Source: Camelus dromedarius (Eukaryota). Taken from it: a DNA stretch of 64,000 nt. A program made the position numbers and the translations under genes. Below the pieces are notes generated by a model. That model had not been told where the DNA came from. It saw only the letters and a program-made list of their open reading frames with translations, and did not search any database. The number at the start of each line of letters is the position of its first letter. Position 1 is the first letter of the stretch. The stretch covers positions 96,040,001-96,104,000 of the forward strand of contig NC_087437.1 of the NCBI RefSeq assembly GCF_036321535.1. Reading direction: 5' to 3'. Of the stretch, positions 55,775 through 64,000 are shown in pieces.

Positions 55775-56170
55775 ACCTTAGTCAGCTTGGGCTGCTGTAA
55801 CAAAATACCATAGACTGGGTGGCTTGAATAACAGACATTTATTTCTCACGGTTCTAGAAGTTAGGAGGTCCAAGATCAAGGTGCCGGCAGATTTGGTTCC
55901 TGGTTGAAATCCACCTTCTGGCTTGCAGATGGCTGCCACCTTGCCATGTGCTCACGTGACCTCTTTTTTGTGTGCATAGACAGAGAGTTTTGATCTTTCT
56001 TGCTTTTTTTTTTAATGGGAACACTAATCCCATTAGGGATGCTCCACCCTCAAGACCTCATCTAAACCTAATTATCTCCAAAGGCCCCATCTCTTAATAC
56101 CATCACATTGGCAATTAGGGAATCAACCTATGAATTGGAGCAGGGGACACAAATGTTCAGTTCATTATAG
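55775..56170 (-). mobile_element. MLT1A/MLT1A0 LTR
   Basis: gggctgctgtaacaaaataccatagactgggtggctt; tccaagatcaaggtgccggcag; gacctcatctaaacctaatta. Confidence 0.9.
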
Positions 56171-56639
56171 AAGGGGACATCTCAGCCAACAATTCTTTTT
56201 TAAATGTGAAGTCAGCTTGGGTGGTTTAAGTGCAATGCTAGCAAGGTTAGGCCTTATTTACGTAATTAATTGACATTTGTAGTTTTTTGTTTGTTTGTTT
56301 TGCAGGGTGGGGGGCTTGTGTGGAGTGGCTGTCCAGCATCCAACCTCCCCCCAGATTTAGGGCATCCCCAGCGCATGTGGTGTCTATGTGATGCAGAACC
56401 TCTTCCCACTCGGTGGGAGCCAAAGTCTCCTGTCTTGTCTCCTGATGACAGTGTCTGCAGCAGAAGCTGCAGCGTCCTGGCCAGACACTTCCTGCTAAAC
56501 TACAGTTATTGTATTTCCAGGAAAGCCCTCCCAACTGGCCTTTCCCCACACACATTTTTCAAATTTGGTTCACTAGCCTCCCATTAAGTCTGTCATTATG
56601 TTCCATTTTCATTGCTAGAAAACGGGAATTGTTTTCTGA

Positions 56640-56960
56640 GCCTGCAGTCACAAACCCTGACTGATGCAGTGGGTCCCTCTCTCAGGTTTTCTCCAAGGTG
56701 GGGGGGATACCATCATATACCTGCACTGAGATGTTCACTTTGACCAGTCTGCAGTGTGGCTGAAAAAAGGGTAGGACTAGAGGTAGTAAGAAGAAATGTA
56801 TTATGGTTGATCTGACAAGATATAAATTATGAGCTTGAACAGGGAAGGAAAAGGAAGAAAACATGATGTGACTGTGGAGATATAATTAGTAAATTGATAC
56901 GACTTCGCGATTGCAAGTGTGAAGGGAAAGAGTGAAAAGAAGAGCAGAATTGGTCCGTGA
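56640..56960 (-). mobile_element. L2 fragment
   Basis: ccagtctgcagtgtggctgaaaaaagggtagga; decayed L2-like sequence. Confidence 0.45.
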
Positions 56961-58159
56961 CTCTCGTGGTAGTAATCTGAGAAGAACATTAATTCTACTC
57001 CTGGAGAACAATATTGTGAGCCAGAGTCTGAGACACATGATAGTGTTTCAGTATCAAAAGCGAGAACTTGAGGAAGAATAATTAGATCCCTTCTGGAAAT
57101 GCTGTATTTGAAATACCAGCAAAACACTTCTTAATATGATTGCTACGCTTTGTGTAATGTTAATTACCGGTCCACAGATACTACTAACCCATAGCATGGG
57201 GCCTTCCACAGTGATGATATAAAATACTGGCTTTCACCTGTTATAGCGTTAGAGCATTTAAAGGAAGTATATCAAAAGTTGTGGATATGTACGGAGACAG
57301 CTAAATAAAATAATCTTAAGCAAAGTTTGTATAAATTTTACATTATTATAAATATTCTATTATCATAAATGGTAGATCAAGATATACTATACTTCGAAAT
57401 GCTCATAAAGTATAATGCAAACTATAATATATATAACAATTGAAGTAAAACAGATAAAAAACTATTTTTTACTATTTTTAAATCCATGGCTTGCTTACTC
57501 ACTTCTTTAAAAAAAAATACACTTTTGCTTGCTTATAATAAGATGCAAAGATGATTCATTCAAGCTAAACCTCTTCTTTTTACTGTAGTTCCTTCTCATC
57601 CAGACATCTCCTACCCAATAATGAGTATAGTATTTTAATAAACATCAAGATAACTAGAAAGTGATTCAATCAAAATAAGATATTTGCCAAAATAAATGAG
57701 AATCACAGTAGTAATGTCACCACCCTAGGGGGAAATCAAAACAGTTCATCTGATTCAGGCAAGATCACTGTAATAAAAAATTTGATAATAATTTCTGAAA
57801 AGTTGTTCTTTTTGTATTGCTTAGGCTCTCGTTTCCAAGAGATATCAGTAGTTCCAAATGTATAGTCAAGAAAAATATCTTTTTCTGATTACATACATTT
57901 GACAATGGATCTCATTGCTTCACTTGTCTTTGCCTTATTTAATGAAATGGACCTATATTTACCAGTTTTCCCCCAGAAGTTGGGATTTTAACTTCAAACC
58001 TTGCTGAAACCCTATAAGGTCTTTAGGTCTCTAAAATGAGGATGTGTGATGAGGGCAGTGATCACAGCAGGCTCTCTGCTTACCCCTAGTTGGTTAGAAT
58101 GAGCTTAGTGAACTTAGTAACACAACAGAAAACGGCTGTTGTCAAGAGCATCGTGGCAG

Positions 58160-58575
58160 ATCCTGGCTAGAGATTCAGTCTTCCTATTTTCTCTTATTGA
58201 GAATGCCAGAAGAGCATTTCACATCTCTTGATGTTAGCTTAGAGATTCACGTAATTCATTTTGGCCAATGAAATGTGACTGGAAGTGATATTTGCTTCTT
58301 CCTGCCTCCCGAAGATTCTCCTAGATAAAATCTCTTAGATTCAACCAGCGTGTTCCTGCACCTTTGCCCTGAAGATGGATGCAAAAGACCCAGATGTGAC
58401 AGAGTCACAAGATGAAAAGAGCTAGAATCCCTTAGTCACAAGCTTGGAGGAAAACCTTGCCCAGGAGAAACACTCAGTTGCAACTGAATGTGATGTGAAT
58501 GTGTGTGTTGTGGGGGGCGAGGGTGTTCAGAGTATTTGCTATAGCAACTAGCATTAATCACCTGGTCTCTTACTA
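58160..58575 (+). mobile_element. MLT1J/I-type LTR
   Basis: ttttggccaatgaaatgtgactggaagtgat; gagtcacaagatgaaaagagctaga; ttgctatagcaactagc. Confidence 0.65.
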
Positions 58576-60375
58576 TGCTGATATCTTTTATACCTGCCTC
58601 CCCAAGGTGGTTTAGCAATGTTAAGAACCATGGTTCATCTTCCTCCAAAGTCCTTCAAAACAAATAAAGACTGAGCATTTACATATATTGCAGCCGCCAG
58701 CTGTTCTGTCTTTACAACTAAACAGCCAAAGCCAAACATACTTGTATCACCCGACAGGCCATTCCTGTAGCTACGGTGTGTTTCTAAATTTACAAAATCT
58801 CCACTCATGAATGACACAGAAATTTCTTTTTTCTCAGTTTATGAATCTTCTGCTTCATCTGCAGTCTGAGCAAGAGAGAAATTTTGAGAGTCATAACCAT
58901 GGAGAAGTGTTTCCACTGGGAATAAGGAGAGGAGGAGAAGGATTTAATGAAACTCTGTTAAAATACGCTAGCCATTGTCCTCAGAGTGGAAAAGAGACTA
59001 GAGCTACCATGAGTGTTTCTTAACCTAAGCCCACAATGCAACTAAAATTGTTCCTCCACTGGTTCTACTCACTACATCTTGACGTTAAAGTAGGAGCCTT
59101 GGCTCCCATTTGAATGTCTGTTTAGAGAAGAAAATGTAATCACAACTGTGAAGTTAGTTAGAGTCAAACAAATTGAAAATATGGGCTTTAAACATCCATC
59201 ATACAGCATCTTAAAACAGCTAGGATTATTTAGTTAACATTTGACACTCGTGCTTAGCTTTTATAATCAAGGAGCTATTTTTCCAACTGAAATGATAAAA
59301 TCAAAAACAAAAACAAGGGAGATCTTTCATGAGCAGAACATATTAATCAAATGGCTCAAAAATATTCCTTTTAAAAATTCGAGATCCAAATTATATCAGG
59401 GATTGACATACTTCTGTAGAATCTCCATGATAGTAACCCAGATAGCATAAGTAAATCACTAAGCCAAATAACGGGTACACATTATATAGGAAGGGACCAA
59501 TAAAAATTATTTAGAAATGTGATTTGTTTGAATGTACATTATTGTTTGTTTTGATTTTTAATATAGGGACTGCCTCTGGCTTAGCTGACAACATGGATTT
59601 CTAGAAGGTATAATTACCTTTGAAGCTAAACTTCCTCCACTTTGGGAAAGACACCAAAAAGGGTCTTTCAGTGGCATATATAAGACAAGTACCCACCTAT
59701 TATTCAGGGATAAAACTTGAAGTCCTCTTAATTGGAATGGAGATATTAATGGATTTGTATAGTTACATAAATTGAGTTTATCTATAGTCAGACTACAGCC
59801 TTACAAATGAAATACTTTTCTTGAAATAAATGAATAACCAAATTAGAATATTGATGGCCTCTAAAATAGGTCATTTGAAAGAAACAGCAATGGTTTGAAG
59901 GAAATTTGCTGTGCACTACTGGTTTATCTTATTCATTGAATGAATTTCTCTGTGAAAGGATAAAACCCACACTAAACATTGAAAAGGCAACAAATTTACC
60001 AGCAAAATATGTAGCATGATTTTAAATCCCTCCTGACCTTGCATCCTGAGGAGTGATAATGGGGTACAGAGACGTGGTCAGTAAATATTGATCCAAATTT
60101 CTTAGTCTGCCAGGTCTTGATAAAAAGAGGATGTGGCAATGGACTCGACTTCAGACTAGCAATAGTTTCCAATGATGGTAACTAGGATTGATTGAGCCTT
60201 GCTCAAAACTAACTCTAGTGGGCTTTGGAGAATATCTCAGGAAGAGAAGCTGAGGGGTAGAACAAGAGTTCCTCAGTTCATGGGATGCAGTCTCGAAGCC
60301 ATAGTGATGTGCCTCTAAAAAGTCATACTACCTTATATTGAACCTGAAGTTGGTGAAAACAGACATGCTGGTTAC

Positions 60376-60482
60376 CTGGGCTCCTTTCTCCAACCTCTTA
60401 AATTGCAACAACGTACGGTCATGAACCCTTTCCCTGACACTGATTGTAGGTTTTCCTTATCCCGACCTTCATCCTGCCTTGC
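60376..60482 (-). CDS. Candidate 107-nt internal exon (ARQDEGRDKENLQSVSGKGFMTVRCCNLRGWRKEP)
   Basis: Acceptor catttctttccctcctgcag| and donor CAG|gtaacc; only one of three frames is open; unique sequence. Confidence 0.3.
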
Positions 60483-62054
60483 CTGCAGGAGGGAAAGAAA
60501 TGTGAGGCTTGAGTGTTATTTTTAAGGCTTACTTGAACAAACATGGTATTTTCTTCCTTCAAAATGGCACCCTAAAGTACCTTCTAAACTGGGCCTGACA
60601 CTTAGGCAATCTCTCAGAAGTTCACCGGGGCTATTATAAAGGAATTCTGCTTTATCATAAGGAGATATTTTTGCCGGAGGGAGGCAGTCTGGCCACTTAG
60701 CTTCAAAGCCAAGTTACTTCCACTCCACTAGCTCTAATTCTCAGTATATTGTAGCCTCTAGCAAAATAGCTTTAGCAAGAAATAAGGAAATGCAATGAAG
60801 ACCAAAATCATCAAGGGTGATGAAAATAGCCTTTTGAGCTATCATTTACTTTTCCCGCAGACTGAAAATATAAACTTTATCAGGTTGTTCTCAAATCAGT
60901 TCACACTCAGCTAGTTAATGGCATGAAAAAGACGTGCTGAAGTTCATCTCGACAAAACACTGTAGTTTATTATTTCATGGATATTTTTCAGCTTCAGAAT
61001 TTAATACATAGAGTGAGCAAGTTGACAACCCAAGACTCATTTGTTGTCATAAACAAAACTGGAGTGTGTTTTCTCCAGAATCTTGTCACATCATTAATGT
61101 AGAGTATGATACGGGAAAGATGCTTTACTGTTTAAAATAATGTCATTGCAGGATTGACTCTTAGACCAACAATGAGGGAAAGAATTAGCACTGTTTCCCA
61201 TCTTTCCTTAAACAGAAGGGAAGGAGGCAATGGGAGTGTAGTTGAGTCACTGGAAGATGTTAGGCAGGGGACACACGTCAGTCTTTCTTTCTATTCTATA
61301 CAATGATGAACACTGTCCGTGATTTATGTGTGTCACTTTTTCCCCACTTTTTTTTTTAATTACTTAACTCAAATATTCTATAAATTCAGATAGAAGAAAT
61401 CAATAGTAGGGTAGACCAGCACAGAAAACAGTCCTCAAGTATGGGAGGTCACATGGCACTGAGCTCCTTCTATTTAAACAGCTTTACATTATCTATCAAG
61501 TCTGGCTAAACTGTCAGACTAAAATTTTTTTCTTTGTTTGAAAAGGCAAACATTGTTATTCAAGTCCACTTTTAGGAGAAACAAATGTACTGGGAGGAAG
61601 AAGAAGAATTACCAAGGAGAAGTGCAGAAATAAAATTTCCTATTTTAGGCAGTTAGATAATAAATTGCTCGAGCACGGAAGTGTGGAATACTTTAGATCA
61701 ACTGGAGAATTGTGGTTATTAAAATGATCTGTCAATAGAAACAAAGCAAAGTTTAGGTGATGAATAGCCAGCAGCTGCACCTTTCCTGCACAGTCAGGAA
61801 TTTCTAATGAGGTTTACGTATGGTTTTTCTTTTCTTTTTTTTTTTTTTGTAAGTAAACAGGGAGGCCTAGAAACATCTTCAAGACTATACAATTGGTTAC
61901 AGTCTGTGTTTTAAATATTGTAGAGTATTTATGTTTCATAATGAAATTTTGGGGTGCTGAAGCAATACATCCCTTCTGCTCATACTGTCTTCAGAGCAAC
62001 CCTAAACAGTCCATGAAAGCCCACCTAAGAAATGTATATCAAACATAAATTCTC

Positions 62055-62270
62055 ATATAAACTAGTATATATAAAATAGATAAGCAAGTTTATACTGTAT
62101 AGCACAGGGAACTATGTTCATTATCTTGTAGTAACTTATGATAAAAAAGAATATAAAAACAAATCTATGTATGTTCATGTATGAAGCATTATACTGTACA
62201 CCAGAAGTTGACACATTGTAAACTGACTATACTTCAATAATACATATATACAAAAAAAAACCCCAAAACC
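62055..62270 (+). mobile_element. 5'-truncated L1 3' end
   Basis: actgtatagcacagggaactat...actgactatacttcaat followed by an A tail. Confidence 0.85.
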
Positions 62271-63779
62271 CATAAATGCCCATGTGTCAAGAGTAGAATA
62301 TTTCAGATAATGATTTCAAGCTCCAAATTTTCTTTTAGAGAAGAAAACAAATTAGAAAATCTATTCATATAATGTCAGATCTTTTAAAATATATTTATCA
62401 CAATTAAGATTAAACATTCAAATAAAAGAGTAAGTGTCTGACTCCCATCTGTTATTACCTAAAAGATCACCTAATCGCAAGTCTCTATAATTCTAGAGTA
62501 AAAAATAAATAAATTAGCGAACTTTGGCTATAGTTATGTCCTTGACTCCCTAGCCCTCAGTTTTTCTGAACTTTGTAGCTAGGGCCATTTAACTTCATGC
62601 ATTAGCTCCTCTCAAGGTTCTGGACCAAAATCTGAGTGTAGTCATGTTTGCCACATGCCCATTACATGGAAACAGTAAATCTTATTTGTCCAGCCATGTT
62701 TGTTCTAAAAACTGGTCTTTTTTTTTTTTTTTATTAAAGTCCACTGCGCAAAGAAGACGAGGAACACAAAGGTAGTGAAACAAGGTGAGATCTATTATTT
62801 TTCTGAAGCGAAAGAGAACGCTTAGCAGAGTTACTGTGGGGGCAACTTGGAAAAGGGGATGGAAGAAGAGGACCTCTTCTAGGGTTTTGGTTGTACTGGT
62901 TGATTCTAAGTAGGGACATGGAAGTAGGGGTCCAGTTTGAGATGGATGTGTTCAAGAATTAGTTATTTCAGTGATTTTGTTCAAGAAGTGGGAGAAATGC
63001 AACATAACTGGGTATGTCACTGGTGAGAAAGTAACAAGCACTCTGAAGAACTCATCTTTGGCAATTTCGCAGCTGTGGTGTGGCCATGGGTATGATTCTG
63101 TAGAAGCACTGTTCTTTGTTGGCATTATCCCTAATCCATTGGAAAATGGCTGATGTTCCTTGAGGAACAGCACAGTCTTATCATCAGCAGGACTGATTTT
63201 TACTTTCACATCTTGTTCCTGCTCCAGAGAAGTCCCAGCTGCAAACCTCAGGTTCTTATTTTATTCACTGGATCACACTATCCTACTTGGTTTGGTTTTT
63301 TGATTCAATTGCATTGTTCTTCTGTTTCATTTCTAAAGACCAGATACCTGCCTCCAAATACCATTTGGCTGGGAGCACAATAGTTGTGAATTTATCATGC
63401 TAATGGCTTTATGGGACTCTGCTGCCAAACTCTGTCACCTGCCGGGTCATCAGCCTGTTTTAACTGCAGGATGTCTTAGTTGCCTAAACTCCCTCTATTG
63501 CCTGCTTCAGGAACTTTCCCTGATTTCCTGCCTCATCATTTTTGTTCTGTTCCGTCTCTCTTGCCCAACCACCAACTTGAGTCCAGCAGAGAAGAATAAA
63601 CACAGAAACAAAAAGTTTAAAAAAAATTGGTCCAAAATACAAATGTTTCCAAATATTTAGGTGTCTGGCAATGGACAATTCACACTATGGGTAACACCAG
63701 TGAATATTTCATAATTATTATTACTTGCTTTAAAAAATTAGAACAAAACACATTAAATTAACCAGAAATAATCAGTGGT

Positions 63780-63995
63780 GAAAGAGGATGTGCTTCTTTG
63801 TTTCAAAACGAAGCCAAGACAGCTTGGGTTTGAGCCTCCCTATGCTGGTAGCAGTGTGATACTGGAAACAGTTATTTAACCTGTTGGTGCCTTGAGTTCC
63901 TTCCTCTGTAAAAATAGATACGGTAATAGTCTTACCTCATAAGATTGTTGATATATAAAGTACATACATAGCAAGTCATATCTTATAATTATTAT
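63780..63995 (+). mobile_element. MIR SINE
   Basis: ttatttaacct...cctctgtaaaaatagatacggtaatagtcttacctcataagattgttg. Confidence 0.75.
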
Positions 63996-64000
63996 TGTTT

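Noticed and set aside
1..64000. CRISPR arrays, operons or prokaryotic defence systems
   Set aside because: Sequence is mammalian and repeat-rich; no regularly spaced direct repeats and no long ORFs

Overview
AT-rich, CpG-depleted mammalian DNA, most likely from a camelid: a Vic-1-like tRNA-derived SINE lies at 37027-37180, alongside young artiodactyl-type L1 3' ends. The window looks like intronic and 3'-end sequence of a large gene. It is dense in L1, L2, MIR, MaLR/ERV LTRs, hAT/Tigger DNA transposons and microsatellites. None of the supplied ORFs is a credible complete gene. The best gene signal is on the minus strand: a CpG-retaining putative terminal exon (acceptor at 7050, stop at 6858) followed by a repeat-poor, 3'UTR-like tract. 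A 24-nt microexon or recursive-splice-like site (21589-21612) and a 107-nt candidate exon (60376-60482) join it in frame. I could not identify the gene. Other notable items are a probable L1 3' transduction and an L2-containing, TSD-flanked insert inside a MaLR internal sequence. I found no convincing novel multi-gene system, CRISPR array or prokaryotic feature. Repeat family names come from recalled consensus motifs, and boundaries are approximate unless a target-site duplication (TSD) is quoted.
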